Below, one piece after another: positions 17,554-27,848 of a stretch of DNA of 64,000 bases. The stretch is from NCBI GenBank assembly GCA_049589875.1, contig JBAWBR010000045.1, positions 743 to 64,742 of the forward strand. The letters run 5' to 3'. Every line of letters starts with the position of its first letter. Position 1 is the stretch's first letter. This DNA comes from Terriglobales bacterium (lineage in GTDB: Bacteria; Acidobacteriota; Terriglobia; Terriglobales; Acidobacteriaceae). A model generated the notes under the pieces. That model had not been told where the DNA came from. It saw nothing but the letters and a program-made list of their open reading frames with translations, and searched no databases. The translations under genes and the position numbers were made by a program.

Positions 17554-19992
17554 ATGGAGAAAACATATCCCCATTTCCGGTTTGGACCGTTCACCGTCGA
17601 CAGTGAAGCGCGAGAAGTATCCAAGAATGGGAACAGGCTAAGACTCCCCGGCCAACCCTATCTCATCCTGGAGACTCTGCTGACGCGCGCCGGTAAAGTG
17701 GTCACGCGCGATGAAATTCGAGCCACTCTCTGGGAAGAGGATACCTTCGTCGATTTTGAGCATGGCCTCAATACGTCGGTGAAGAAACTTCGCCAAGCGC
17801 TTGACGATTCAGTGGATAATCCCCGCTACATTGAGACCGTGCGCGGGATGGGCTACCGTTTTATCGCTCCCGTCGAAATTGTTGTAGCAACGAAGGAGCC
17901 TTTTGAGCCGGCACCATACGCCCCGCCTCCCAATGGAAACGGGCATGCGAAAATCGCTGAGCCCTTATCCGCCCCGAGGTTCGAGACCGAGACCGCGGTC
18001 GCGCTCCCCCAGGTACGGGTCAGCCACCGCTGGAAGACGGCCACTTTCGCCGCAATCGTCCTTGTCTTCGCCCTGGCCGTGGGAGCAGGCCTTCTCTATC
18101 GCGCCCATCAGCGGGGCAAGCGGCTCAAGGCGACGGACAATGTCGTTCTGGCCGATTTTTCAAACAGCACCGGCGATGCCGCCTTCGACGATACGCTGAA
18201 GACAGCGCTCAACATTTCTCTGGGGCAATCTCCGTTTCTCAATGTGCTCCCCGGCCGCGATGTTGCCAAGACTTTACGGGAGATGACACTTCCGGCCAAC
18301 GCCAAGCTGACTCCGGCACAATCCGCCGAACTGTGCCTACGGCTGCACAGCAGAGCCTACATCCTAGGGGCGATCGGCAGTCTGGGAACGGACTATGTCA
18401 TCGGCTTAAAAGCCATCGATTGCCAGACAGGCGATACGCTGGGCCAGCAGCAGATCACCGTGTATTCAAAGGGGCAAGTGCTCGATGCCCTGGGCCAGTC
18501 GGCTTCCAGGCTGCGTACCGCGCTGGGCGAATCGCTGGCTACAGTGCAGAAATTTAGCGTTCCACTCGCCGAGGCTACCACCCCTTCATTCGAGGCGTTG
18601 AAAGAGTACACGCTCGGACTCAATGCTTATAACGAGAAGGGCCCACCGGCAGCTCTGCCCCACCACTTGCGCGCCATCCAACTCGATCCCAATTTCGCCA
18701 TGGCTTACCGGCAACTGGGCAGCGACTACTACAGCCTGCTGGAACTGGAACGAGCCAGGGAATACGACACCAGGGCATTTCAGTTGCGGGATCGGGTCAG
18801 CGAGCGGGAAAAACTTTCGATCGAGGGCGACTACTATGCGGTTGTCACCGGAGAGCTGGATAAATCGATCGAGGTACTGCGCAAGCGGATCGAGACTTAC
18901 CCTCGGTTTGCCGGAGCGCACACCAACATGGGCCTGGCATACGCTGGCGAAGGGCAGTATGAGAAAGCCGCGGAGGTTACTAAAGAAGGCATGCTCCGGT
19001 CGCCGGAACGGTCCGACGCATATGTCGATCTGGCCACCGATTTCCTCGCCTTGCAGAGCTTCGACCAAACCCGCGCGCTTATCCGCCTGGCGCATGCGCG
19101 AGGGATGGAGGACGAAGGTTTTCATAGCAATCTTTACATTCTGGCCTTCTTTGGCGGGGACGCTCAGGGCATGGCGGAACAGCGGAAGTGGTTTGCGGAT
19201 AAGCCCGACTTCGAGCACCAGATGCTGGAACTGGATTCCGACAGCGCGGCCTATGGGGGACATCTGCGACAGGCGCGCGAGTTAACGAAAAGGGCGGTCG
19301 ACTCCGCCATCAAAGCCGACAACAGGGAAAGCGCGGCGATATGGCAGGCGATTGCCGCGCAGCGCGAAGCGGCCTTTGGAAATGCCGCGGAAGCCCGGAA
19401 GTTGGCAGTGGAGGCCTTGAAAATCGCTCCCTCCAGTCAAGGCGTGAAGAGTGAATCTGCGCTTGCGTTTGCGATGGCCAAAGATCAGGCGCGAGCCGAA
19501 TTCATAGCTGAAGACTTAGGCAAGCGTTTCCCCCTGGATACGCAGATGCAATCTCTGTGGCTGCCCGCGATTCGGGCGCAATCGGCGCTGTATCGAAAAG
19601 ACCCGGCCGCCGCGCTGAAGACTTTGCAGGCAGCGACTCCGTTTGATTTCGGACAGATTCAATACTTGCTTACCCTCTCCTGCCTCTATCCCATCTATCT
19701 GCGTGGAGAAGCTTATCTGGCAGCCGGAGAAGGCAGCGCTGCGGCCGCGGAGTTCCAAAAGATGATCGACCACAACGGGATTGTCTGGAACTGCTGGACA
19801 GGCGCGCTTGCTCCGCTGGGAGTGGCGCGCGCAAATGCGCTACAAGCGAAAGCCTCGCAGGGGGTGGATGCCGATGCGGGTCGCGTCCGGGCGCGCGAAG
19901 CCTATAAGAAATTTCTTACGCAATGGAAAGATGCCGACCCGGATATCCCGATCTTGAAAGAAGCCAAGGCTGAATACGCAAGGCTGGAATAA
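17554..19992 (+). CDS. CadC/OmpR-type winged-helix DNA-binding domain, one TM segment and a large TPR-like region (transcriptional regulator)
   Basis: The N-terminus (FRFGPFTVDSEAREVSKNGNRLRLPGQPYLILETLL...RYIETVRGMGYRF) is a trans_reg_C wHTH. A TM segment (ATFAAIVLVFALAVGAGLL) and TPR-like helical repeats follow. Confidence 0.85.
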   Translation: MEKTYPHFRFGPFTVDSEAREVSKNGNRLRLPGQPYLILETLLTRAGKVVTRDEIRATLWEEDTFVDFEHGLNTSVKKLRQALDDSVDNPRYIETVRGMGYRFIAPVEIVVATKEPFEPAPYAPPPNGNGHAKIAEPLSAPRFETETAVALPQVRVSHRWKTATFAAIVLVFALAVGAGLLYRAHQRGKRLKATDNVVLADFSNSTGDAAFDDTLKTALNISLGQSPFLNVLPGRDVAKTLREMTLPANAKLTPAQSAELCLRLHSRAYILGAIGSLGTDYVIGLKAIDCQTGDTLGQQQITVYSKGQVLDALGQSASRLRTALGESLATVQKFSVPLAEATTPSFEALKEYTLGLNAYNEKGPPAALPHHLRAIQLDPNFAMAYRQLGSDYYSLLELERAREYDTRAFQLRDRVSEREKLSIEGDYYAVVTGELDKSIEVLRKRIETYPRFAGAHTNMGLAYAGEGQYEKAAEVTKEGMLRSPERSDAYVDLATDFLALQSFDQTRALIRLAHARGMEDEGFHSNLYILAFFGGDAQGMAEQRKWFADKPDFEHQMLELDSDSAAYGGHLRQARELTKRAVDSAIKADNRESAAIWQAIAAQREAAFGNAAEARKLAVEALKIAPSSQGVKSESALAFAMAKDQARAEFIAEDLGKRFPLDTQMQSLWLPAIRAQSALYRKDPAAALKTLQAATPFDFGQIQYLLTLSCLYPIYLRGEAYLAAGEGSAAAAEFQKMIDHNGIVWNCWTGALAPLGVARANALQAKASQGVDADAGRVRAREAYKKFLTQWKDADPDIPILKEAKAEYARLE

Positions 19993-20089
19993 CAAGCGCC
20001 CAGACATCCGCGGGGGAGCATTCAGTTTGTTCAGTAGCCGCCCGGAGCTGTAGTCGAGTCCGAGCGAGGAATCCGCATTCCTTCAGGGC

Positions 20090-20437
20090 CTACTTCTGTG
20101 TGGGCGCCTGATTCTGTGGAACGGTTGGCGGCGTCGAAGGCGGGAGCTTGGGCTGCGCCGTAGTCTGCGTCGGTTTCACGCCGGAAAGCACCGAAGCGGG
20201 TCCAGCTCGTCTTGAGGCGTAAATCGAGAGCGTGATCGAGGTAATCATGAAGATAACCGCCGACCACGTGGTGGCTCTGGACAGGGCGGACGCCGCGCCC
20301 CGCGGGCCAAACGCTGTCTGGCTGCCTTGGCCGCCGAACGCAGCGGCCAGGTCGCCGCTCTTGCCGCTCTGCAGCAACACTACCGCAATCAGAAAAAGAC
20401 AGACAATGACGTGGATAATAGTGATCAAAATTGTCAT
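20090..20437 (-). CDS. secG: Preprotein translocase subunit SecG
   Basis: MTILITIIHVIVCLFLIAVVLLQSGKSGDLAAAFGG.GSQTAFG fits the SecG signature. A Pro/Thr-rich tail follows. I set the start at ATG 20437. Confidence 0.85.
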   Translation of the reverse strand: MTILITIIHVIVCLFLIAVVLLQSGKSGDLAAAFGGQGSQTAFGPRGAASALSRATTWSAVIFMITSITLSIYASRRAGPASVLSGVKPTQTTAQPKLPPSTPPTVPQNQAPTQK

Positions 20438-20648
20438 GACTACAAAACTCTCCAACGGCTCTGTTGTAGCTGGAGCCTTCCTTTTTTAGTGAGCCCTGTT
20501 AATGAAGGCTGACTGGCAGGATGATTCGAACAATGGGAACCTCGTCCTAAGTGCTCACAGAGCGCGGGCGCTCTTCTCCCGGCCGTTTTTCTATTGTAGG
20601 GTACGGCCCGCAGCCTGTAAACCGGAGCGGGCCGTATTCCCAAAGCGC

Positions 20649-21173
20649 TTAGCGCTCGATTTTTACCGACTTTACGACCACATCCTTATTAGGACGATCC
20701 TGGCGATTCTTCGCCACTTTCGAGATTTTCTCGACCACGTCATATCCCTCGACTACTTCGCCAAAAATGGTGTGCTTGCCGGTAAGCCAATCCGTATTGC
20801 CCACCGTGATAAAAAATTGAGAACCATTGGTGTTCGGTCCAGCATTCGCCATCGCCAGCTTACCCGCTTTGTCGAATTTGTGAGGCGATCCCTTGGTCTC
20901 ATCTTCAAACTGATAGCCGGGCCCGCCGAACCCGGTGCCCTGTGGGTCTCCGCCCTGAATCATGAAATCGGGAATCACGCGGTGGAAGATGGTTCCGTGA
21001 TAAAGCGGATCCTTCGTTTTCTTGCGCGTGGTGGGATGAGTCCATTCGCGCTGGCCTTCCGCGAGCTCAACAAAATTGGCAACGGTCTTGGGCGCATCCT
21101 TTTCAAAAAGGCGGCAGACGATTGTGCCTTCGCTGGTTTCAAACACGGCATAGGTACCGGGTGTACGGGTCAT
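20649..21173 (-). CDS. Cyclophilin-type peptidyl-prolyl cis-trans isomerase (cytoplasmic)
   Basis: The cyclophilin motifs FHRVIPDFMIQGGDP...MANAGPNTNGSQFFIT...LTGKHTIFGEVV are present. There is no signal peptide. Confidence 0.9.
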   Translation of the reverse strand: MTRTPGTYAVFETSEGTIVCRLFEKDAPKTVANFVELAEGQREWTHPTTRKKTKDPLYHGTIFHRVIPDFMIQGGDPQGTGFGGPGYQFEDETKGSPHKFDKAGKLAMANAGPNTNGSQFFITVGNTDWLTGKHTIFGEVVEGYDVVEKISKVAKNRQDRPNKDVVVKSVKIER

Positions 21174-21227
21174 TAGGCTCCCTTCAGATTTGCTTTCGGT
21201 GTTTGGTCGACGTTCACGACTCGACCT

Positions 21228-21902
21228 CTAGGCTGCCGGTTTGGTTGCAATGGATTTGGCCGCGGGCTTTGACGCTGCGGCTCCGGCATCGCGAATCTCG
21301 ATGTGTGTGATCTTCACTGGACTCACCGGAAAATCGTTGCTGCCGCGCTTCATGCGGGCGATCTTTTTGACCAACTCAACCGCGGCGTCATCGCACTGGC
21401 CGAAAATTGTATAGCCGCCATTCAGGCTGGGATAGGGAACTTCAGTGATGAAAAACTGCGAGCCGTTGGTGCCCGGGCCGGCATTCGCATAGGCCAAGCG
21501 ACCGGGGCGGTCGAACCCGACCGTGGGACTCGTCTCATTCTTGAATTGATAGCCAGGATCGCCCATGCCGGTGCCGGCGGCGTCGCCGCCCTGAATCATG
21601 AATTCGGGAATGACACGGTGGAAAATAGTTCCGTCATAAAGAGGAACGCCGTGTTTCTTCTCGTGCGTGACGGGACTGGTCCAATCCTTGGTGCCTTTGG
21701 CCAAACCAATAAAGTTCTCGACACCGATCGGCGCGATCTTCGGAAACAGCGTGCAGTGCAAGTCGCCGGCGGTGGTATGAATGATGGCAACTGGATCGCC
21801 GCCTGTGGTCTTATGGGCCGGTGTTGAAGGCGAAGCCGACTGAGCGGCGGCGAGCAAGGAAGCGAAAAGAATCAGGCCAGACGTATGCAGTAGAGTGCGC
21901 AT
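21228..21902 (-). CDS. Cyclophilin-type peptidyl-prolyl cis-trans isomerase, secreted
   Basis: MRTLLHTSGLILFASLLAAAQS is a signal peptide, followed by FHRVIPEFMIQGGD...YANAGPGTNGSQFFIT. The ORF-track start at 22139 overlaps the upstream gene, so ATG 21902 is used. Confidence 0.85.
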   Translation of the reverse strand: MRTLLHTSGLILFASLLAAAQSASPSTPAHKTTGGDPVAIIHTTAGDLHCTLFPKIAPIGVENFIGLAKGTKDWTSPVTHEKKHGVPLYDGTIFHRVIPEFMIQGGDAAGTGMGDPGYQFKNETSPTVGFDRPGRLAYANAGPGTNGSQFFITEVPYPSLNGGYTIFGQCDDAAVELVKKIARMKRGSNDFPVSPVKITHIEIRDAGAAASKPAAKSIATKPAA

Positions 21903-22012
21903 GGATGCTCCTGTGAAGTTTTTGGCAAACACTGATTGTACGATAAACGATGCCGGAGACGGAGATGCTTGAGGGAGCGCCGAGCAATGAGTCAGTCGTG
22001 TCTGATAATCCT

Positions 22013-23464
22013 CTACCACGCTCCCTCTTTGCGTCCCCACCACCAGAGCAGGCCCACGGTCGCGGTTGTCTGTTCTTTGCTGAAGATGCCTTGTTCGTCG
22101 GTCAAGAATGACGGCCGATTGGAGAGGTCGCGGCGCCACTCATAGCGCATCAGCATGCCGTCGGCCATTTTGTAATCGAAGGTGACTGTGTTCTCTTTCA
22201 ACGCTTGCGTGATCCCACTGAACAGCCCTCCGCGATCGGACATATACTCCGCGCGGGTGGCGAATGCGAACTTCGGTGTGAGCTGATATTGAATGTAGGC
22301 TGCGCCGCCATCAACGTGCGCGGGCGCCGAGGATTCTCCCAGAGCCTGATTTTGCCAGAGGCGCTGAATAAGATAATCTCCCTCGCCTTGCAGGGTCAGC
22401 TTCGGTGTGACTTGCCAGGTGGCGTAGCTGTCGAAGATGTGAGTTCGCCCATCGGGAGCGGGGCGGATGGCGGCAAAACACAGACCCGGCTGCACGGGGA
22501 TCGGCCAACAATCGGTTGCTGGCGCGCGATCCGGATGCTCCTGGCCGAGATAGTAATTCATGGTCCAGGAAATCGTTTTCCACGGCTTGGCCGTAAAACC
22601 GAATAATTCATCCTTGAAACCATCGGTGGCTTCGACCTGATTTGTACCATTGACGACCCAATAGTTAATGGCAAAATTGCCGGTGAGCGGAAGGCTGGCG
22701 CGCAGGCCCATGTGATAGAACGGCAGGAAATCGAACCACAGCGCTCGCGAATAATTCATCTGATCTTTGTTGTAATTGCCTTCCACGCCGAGAGAGCTGC
22801 CCCATTTGCCGAAATCGACATTCAAGCCTCTGCCGAGCAGAGGCACGACGTAGGTGCCATAAACCTGGAAAATATTGCGATAGATGTCGGGCCGCGGTTC
22901 GTTCAAGGGATTGCCCTGCGAAGTATCCGTGGCCTGGCCGAATTGCAAATCCATCCGTCCACCCCAGCGCCGTCCCGCGGCGAGGTCGGGCGGGTGGTCG
23001 AAGATGATACTTGCCTGGCTCAAACTGAACTCGTTGCTGAGCGGGTCATAGGCGCGCAGCAGATTCACGCGGCCAACTGGATGATTAAAGTTGTAGGCGT
23101 AATAGGTGTCGAGTGCCAGGTTGAGAGTAGTTCCGCGCATAAAGTCAAGCGTCTTGCGATCGTCGGCGGTGAGTATGCTCCGCTGCGGATCGGCGCCGGT
23201 TGGCGCAATGAGGGTGGTGGCCGCGGGCTGCACGTTCAATGCAAGCTGCTTCACCAGAATTTTCAGCTCGCTGACCTCGGCTTCCAGTTGCGTTACGCGC
23301 TGCTGCAGGTTTTGGGAGGAATCGGGCTGACCTGTGGCGGGCCTCATGGTCTGTGCTCCGAGAGGAATTGCCGCGACCAATACGAGCATGGTAACGGTTC
23401 GATAACGCTGGAGTATTCCGAGTCCGGAGCTATCCGTCAACGTAAGGGAAAGAACGCGATTCAT
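22013..23464 (-). CDS. Putative outer-membrane beta-barrel porin (family uncertain)
   Basis: It has a signal-like N-terminus (TMLVLVAAIPLGAQT), a short coiled coil (LQQRVTQLEAEVSELKILVKQL) and then alternating aromatic/Gly-rich beta-strand-like sequence ending in W. A terminator at 23619-23648 argues against the 23626 start. Confidence 0.6.
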   Translation of the reverse strand: MNRVLSLTLTDSSGLGILQRYRTVTMLVLVAAIPLGAQTMRPATGQPDSSQNLQQRVTQLEAEVSELKILVKQLALNVQPAATTLIAPTGADPQRSILTADDRKTLDFMRGTTLNLALDTYYAYNFNHPVGRVNLLRAYDPLSNEFSLSQASIIFDHPPDLAAGRRWGGRMDLQFGQATDTSQGNPLNEPRPDIYRNIFQVYGTYVVPLLGRGLNVDFGKWGSSLGVEGNYNKDQMNYSRALWFDFLPFYHMGLRASLPLTGNFAINYWVVNGTNQVEATDGFKDELFGFTAKPWKTISWTMNYYLGQEHPDRAPATDCWPIPVQPGLCFAAIRPAPDGRTHIFDSYATWQVTPKLTLQGEGDYLIQRLWQNQALGESSAPAHVDGGAAYIQYQLTPKFAFATRAEYMSDRGGLFSGITQALKENTVTFDYKMADGMLMRYEWRRDLSNRPSFLTDEQGIFSKEQTTATVGLLWWWGRKEGAW

Positions 23465-23618
23465 AGTGCCCTCATTTGCATGCCGGTCATGTCTTACACC
23501 CACGGGCCCGCACACCAGCCCAAGGATACCCACGCAGGATACCCACGCAGGAAAACTGCTGCTGTGATGCTTGTACAGAATAGGGGTGACAGTAGTAAAA
23601 GGTGAGCGGCTGGTTGTA

Positions 23619-23648
23619 TAAAACAAAAGCGCGCCGAAGAGCGCGCTT
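23619..23648 (-). terminator. Rho-independent terminator after the 23687..24199 gene
   Basis: A perfect 8-bp GC-rich stem (AAGCGCGC at 23627-34, GCGCGCTT at 23641-48) has a 6-nt loop. On the minus strand it is followed by TTTTGTTTT. Confidence 0.6.
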
Positions 23649-23686
23649 ACTGAACATCGAAATCTGTCTGATTCAAATAAACCAAC

Positions 23687-24199
23687 TTAAATAAACATCT
23701 CGTCCTGCGGCACGCCCATGCCGTTTTTCGGCGAACGGCGTTTGTGGCCAAGAAAAACTTCCACTCCAGTGGACACCGCTGCCATAAAGCCGTTGACCTG
23801 ACGCAAAGGCGAAATGACGGTCTTGTGCACGACGTCGCTGGTTTCCTCCACTCGATCCATGGTGCGATTAAGCAACTCATCGGCGCGAATAACCTGCAAG
23901 CGTGTGCGGTCAAGAACATCAGTAAGAGTTGCATCGATGCGCTGAAGCTGATTGCGCACCAGGGTGCTCGATTCGGACACGTTCGTTGTCAGCGTTTCCA
24001 ATTTCGGCCGCACCTCAACTAAAAAGGACTGAGCGGTCTCGACCGTCGGCAACACTTTGGATTGAATTTCATTGGCGAGCGCTTCCATCTTCGCCGTGCT
24101 CTTGCGCACGGCGAGATAGAGGGCGGCAAGAATCAGCGCCTGCAGAACCACGGCGAACGCGGTCGCGGCGATAAAAATTTTCAGGAGATTGTCATCCAT
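23687..24199 (-). CDS. Membrane-anchored coiled-coil protein (DUF948-like, hypothetical)
   Basis: It has one N-terminal TM segment (IFIAATAFAVVLQALILAALYL) followed by helical sequence. It lies directly downstream of a YtxH-like gene. Confidence 0.55.
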   Translation of the reverse strand: MDDNLLKIFIAATAFAVVLQALILAALYLAVRKSTAKMEALANEIQSKVLPTVETAQSFLVEVRPKLETLTTNVSESSTLVRNQLQRIDATLTDVLDRTRLQVIRADELLNRTMDRVEETSDVVHKTVISPLRQVNGFMAAVSTGVEVFLGHKRRSPKNGMGVPQDEMFI

Positions 24200-24226
24200 G
24201 AACTCCTCCTCGAAGGGCCCGCTGCG

Positions 24227-24538
24227 TTAGATATTCTTGGGTTGCTCCGCAGTCGCGGCAGTGGTTTCGTTGTAAGCCTGCTTGCCTGCCTCATACGCAG
24301 TACGGAAGCGGTCGCCCTGCTGGTTGATTACATCGCGGCCACGGTCCATCCAGTCATTCGCCTGTTCGCGTGCGCGGCGAGCCTGCTCACGAGCGCGATC
24401 GGCGCTCTCCTGCGCTTTGGAGCGGATAACGTCGCGCATCTCACCGCCCGAGCGCGGAGCATAGAGAACACCGACCACCGCGCCCACGCCAAGACCGGCG
24501 AGAAACCATAAAAAGCTGCTGCCATCACGATCCGCCAT
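24227..24538 (-). CDS. YtxH-domain protein
   Basis: FLWFLAGLGVGAVVGVLYAPRSGGEMRDVIRSKAQESADRAREQA is a typical YtxH N-terminus. I set the start at ATG 24538. Confidence 0.75.
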   Translation of the reverse strand: MADRDGSSFLWFLAGLGVGAVVGVLYAPRSGGEMRDVIRSKAQESADRAREQARRAREQANDWMDRGRDVINQQGDRFRTAYEAGKQAYNETTAATAEQPKNI

Positions 24539-24688
24539 AAATCCTCCTCGATAGATTTCGTCTGTTCGGATGGTAGCACTGCAATTTATGAAAGACAATT
24601 CATCCGGAGTCTTGCCCACCAGATAGATGATTCAGGCGGGCAGGCGGTTGTCGCATGCGGCAAAAGTGACAAAGTAAGTCTTGTGCGG

Positions 24689-25162
24689 ATGGCGGCAAAG
24701 GCGGACAATGAGGCGTTCCAGGAGGCCGATTTGTCCGATCGCAAGTACAGGCAGCGGGGATACCAGGACTCGGGTGGCGACGCGAAGAAACAATTCGAGA
24801 AGCCCCCATCGGCGCCGAAAAAGGACAACACCTTTGGGCCGCGGCCGCTGAATATGCCGGGAACGCGAACGGTTTCGCGGTGCGCGGAGTGTGGAGCGCT
24901 GCTCGAAAATCTGAGCGAACCGTTCGGGCAATGTCCCAAGTGCCGGTTTGAGCTGCACTCGTGCAAACAGTGCGAGCACTTCGATCCCTCCAGCCGCTTT
25001 GAATGCAACCAGCCGATTGCCGAGCGAATTTCACCCAAGGATAAGCGCAACAATTGCACTTTGTTTTCCATGCGCGTTCGGCTGGAAAAAGAGACCTCGA
25101 GCAAACCAGCGCAGCGCCCCAACGATGCGCGCCAGGCATTCGAGAATTTGTTCAAGAAGTAG
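24689..25162 (+). CDS. Hypothetical Cys-rich (zinc-ribbon-like) protein
   Basis: CAECGALL...CPKCRFELHSCKQCEHF...FECN gives several CxxC pairs, and the flanks are basic and low in complexity. I recognise no family. Confidence 0.55.
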   Translation: MAAKADNEAFQEADLSDRKYRQRGYQDSGGDAKKQFEKPPSAPKKDNTFGPRPLNMPGTRTVSRCAECGALLENLSEPFGQCPKCRFELHSCKQCEHFDPSSRFECNQPIAERISPKDKRNNCTLFSMRVRLEKETSSKPAQRPNDARQAFENLFKK

Positions 25163-25239
25163 TTCCCAAACAGTCTTGTCATTCCGCCCGCAGGGAGGGA
25201 TCTGCTCCTGCTCAGCTTCGAAAACTTATCCCCGCCGGG

Positions 25240-25971
25240 CTATGGTTTCTGCGTTGGCCGGAGCAGAACCTCGCTAACGAACGATTGCGGAGCCTGGGTT
25301 ACGATCATCTCCACGGCGTGAGCCACATCAGAGGCTTGCAGCATCTTCTCCGCATTCTTGCCGGTGTGCGGGCTGAAGTCTGTGTGGACGGAACCGGGGC
25401 AAATAACGGACACGCGAATATTGTGCGGGCGTAACTCCTCCGCCGCCGAATAGCTCAATCCATTGAGCCCCCACTTTGAAGCCGAGTAGGCTGCGCCGTT
25501 GGGTAGAGGGTTCTTTCCCGCGAGCGAAGAGATATTAATAATGTGGCCGCCGCGGCCGCGAATCATCAAAGGCACGAGGCTGCGGATCATGTAATAGACG
25601 CCGCGCAGATTGGTATTGAATATCTCATCCCAGCCCGCCGGCCTAAGTTCATGCAGCGGGCCCGATCGGCCAGCGATGCCGGCGTTATTGACCAGTATGT
25701 CGAGCCGATGAAACGTGCGCTCCACGCGTTCAGCCAGTGACTCCACCGACGGCAGATCGGTGACATCGCATTCCATGATGGCGCTCTGATGGCCGCTTTC
25801 TTTGATCGAACTGGCGGTATGTTCCAGCGTCGCGCGCGTGCGTCCGCACAATACCGTTTGCGCGCCGAGCGCGGAAAGCTTCGCGGCGACAGCTGCGCCG
25901 ATGCCCCGGCCGGCGCCGGTTACGATTGCCACCTGCCCCGCGAGCGAAGAGCGTGGCGAGTTCGAGGTCAA
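25240..25971 (-). CDS. SDR-family oxidoreductase (short-chain dehydrogenase)
   Basis: The motifs are VTGAGRGIG (cofactor binding), NNAG and YSASKWGL (the catalytic YxxxK). TTG 25971 is preceded by AAGGAGG with a 5-nt spacer. The longer ORF-track N-terminus does not look like protein. Confidence 0.85.
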   Translation of the reverse strand: MTSNSPRSSLAGQVAIVTGAGRGIGAAVAAKLSALGAQTVLCGRTRATLEHTASSIKESGHQSAIMECDVTDLPSVESLAERVERTFHRLDILVNNAGIAGRSGPLHELRPAGWDEIFNTNLRGVYYMIRSLVPLMIRGRGGHIINISSLAGKNPLPNGAAYSASKWGLNGLSYSAAEELRPHNIRVSVICPGSVHTDFSPHTGKNAEKMLQASDVAHAVEMIVTQAPQSFVSEVLLRPTQKP

Positions 25972-26348
25972 ACGGGCCTCCTTGCTGAAAGGAAGATGCA
26001 CGAAGATAAGAATCGATAGCCCGATTCTATATCCATGGGCGCCCGCAAACCGGGTGCGGAGCAGGAACGCGCGTCGAACTGACGCCGGACAGTCTCGGCC
26101 ATCCGCTAGCGCGATCGAACGCATCCAAATGTGTGGAGCGGCGTTCTTAAACTGGCTTGCTATCGCGAGACTACATCCTTATAATCCGCTCACCGGAATA
26201 ATCTTAAGCCGCGCGATCTATCATGCGGCAAAGGATTTACGGGTTTATCCCCATGGCCGGCAAGTGATCATGGCGAGGCCGGCGGCAGGTTCCGTTGCCG
26301 GGCAGTGCGTGAATCCAAACTTCCTTAATCATTGAAGGAGCAACAGGA

Positions 26349-27695
26349 ATGAAGAGAACCGTTCTTGCGATGTTGCTGGTAGCATCGGTTACCGCCGTCG
26401 CCCAAACCGCCTCGGCCCCGGCGCAAACGGCGCCGCAGTCCAATGCAGCGCCAGCGGCAGCGCCGCAGCAGCCCAATGCCGCGCCTGCTCCCGCCGCTGC
26501 GCCACCGCAGCAGAAAAAAGAGATCAAAGACCCGGCGGAATACAACGCCTATATGGGAGCTTTGGGGCAGCAGGATGCAGCGGCCAAAATTAGCGGAATG
26601 GAAGCCTTTCTGGTGCAGTATCCAAACAGCGTGATGAAAGAAGATGCGCTGGAAATCTTAATGGGCGCATACGAGCAATCGGGCAACACCGCCAAGACGC
26701 TCGAAACCGCGCAAAAGTTGTTGCAGGCCAACCCCTGCAATTTGCGCGCGCTGGCCCTGATCACATACTCGAAACAGTCGATGGCGGCGGCCGGCAAAGG
26801 CGCGCAGAACTTGACCGACGCGGGCCAGACTGCCGAGAAGGGCCTGCAGTGTTTGCAGACTGCCACCAAGCCTCCCGATACATCGGACGCGGACTGGCAA
26901 AAACTGAAAGCGCAGACGAATGGAATCTTCAACAACGCGGCTGGCATGAGCGCTTATGCGGCGAAGGATTACGCCAACGCAGCAAAATATCTGCGAGCAG
27001 CGGTCGAGGCCGATCCCTCCAACCTGACCGAAGTTTACTATTTGGGCTTATCCGATCTTGCCCCTGGACCCTCCGAAAACGATGTGGAAGGTCTTTTCTA
27101 TATTGCGCGCGCTTCCAACTTGCAGACGGGCGCGGGCAAGGCGCAGATCGCCGACTTCGGTAGAAAGAAGTATAAGAATTACCACGGCACAGAAGATGGA
27201 TGGAATGATGTCTTAGCCCTGGCCGCGACCGCAACCAAGCCGCCTGACAATTTCACGATTGCGAAATATGTTCCGCCGACGCCCGCTCAGCAGGCTCACG
27301 ATCTCATGGCCTCTAAGAAAATCGAGGAGATGAGTTTCGCGGAATGGCAGCTCGTTCTTTCCGAAGGCTCGCCTGAAGATGCGGAGAAGGTTTGGGCGAC
27401 GCTTAAAGGCAAGCCGCTGCAGATGGTGGCGCACTTAATGAGCATCGATTCTCCGAAACAGCTGAAACTCGCTGGCAGTTCGGATGATATTGACGCCAAA
27501 CGCGCCGATATCGATGTGACGATGGCGGCTGCGATTCCAGCAAAGATAATGCCGAAAGAAGACACGGATATTCAGTTTGAAGGAACTCCGGTCTCCTATG
27601 AGGCAAAGCCTTTTGTGATGACGATGACGGAGGGGGCGTTGCTCGTAAAGGCGGCTCCGAAGCCTTCGCCCACGCACAAGAAACCCGCGCAATAA
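26349..27695 (+). CDS. Secreted hypothetical protein with TPR-like helical region
   Basis: It has a signal peptide (MKRTVLAMLLVASVTAVAQT), an A/P/Q-rich linker and then helical repeats (YNAYMGALGQQD..., NAAGMSAYAAKDYANAAKYLRAAVEADP). Confidence 0.6.
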   Translation: MKRTVLAMLLVASVTAVAQTASAPAQTAPQSNAAPAAAPQQPNAAPAPAAAPPQQKKEIKDPAEYNAYMGALGQQDAAAKISGMEAFLVQYPNSVMKEDALEILMGAYEQSGNTAKTLETAQKLLQANPCNLRALALITYSKQSMAAAGKGAQNLTDAGQTAEKGLQCLQTATKPPDTSDADWQKLKAQTNGIFNNAAGMSAYAAKDYANAAKYLRAAVEADPSNLTEVYYLGLSDLAPGPSENDVEGLFYIARASNLQTGAGKAQIADFGRKKYKNYHGTEDGWNDVLALAATATKPPDNFTIAKYVPPTPAQQAHDLMASKKIEEMSFAEWQLVLSEGSPEDAEKVWATLKGKPLQMVAHLMSIDSPKQLKLAGSSDDIDAKRADIDVTMAAAIPAKIMPKEDTDIQFEGTPVSYEAKPFVMTMTEGALLVKAAPKPSPTHKKPAQ

Positions 27696-27720
27696 ATCGG
27701 CACTCAAGAGAGAAACAAGA

Positions 27721-27754
27721 ACGGGCGACCCGATGGGCCGCCCGTTTCTATTTT
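27721..27754. terminator. Bidirectional Rho-independent terminator between convergent genes
   Basis: The stem is ACGGGCG (27721-27) with CGCCCGT (27739-45). It is followed by TTCTATTTTA on the plus strand and by a T-rich run on the minus strand. Confidence 0.6.
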
Positions 27755-27848
27755 ATCGCGGGATTACACTTCTCAGATTTGCCGATTCTGAAGCATCTCA
27801 GATGATCTACGCCCTAGACGCAGGCTCCCAGGCGTCACCTTCGCGGCT

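Noticed and set aside
20649-21902. Two adjacent cyclophilin genes considered as a possible unusual duplication.
   Set aside because: One is cytoplasmic and one carries a signal peptide, a common PpiB/PpiA-type pair. The sequences are well diverged, so nothing is anomalous.
22013-23626. The long N-terminal extension of the porin-like ORF, and similar extensions at 4333, 21228..22139, 25240..26124, 35519..38428, 38433, 40171..41151, 49639..51312 and 51654.
   Set aside because: The extensions overlap neighbouring genes or a terminator (23619-48) and do not look like protein. Downstream ATG/TTG/GTG codons with SD sequences or signal peptides give family-typical N-termini.
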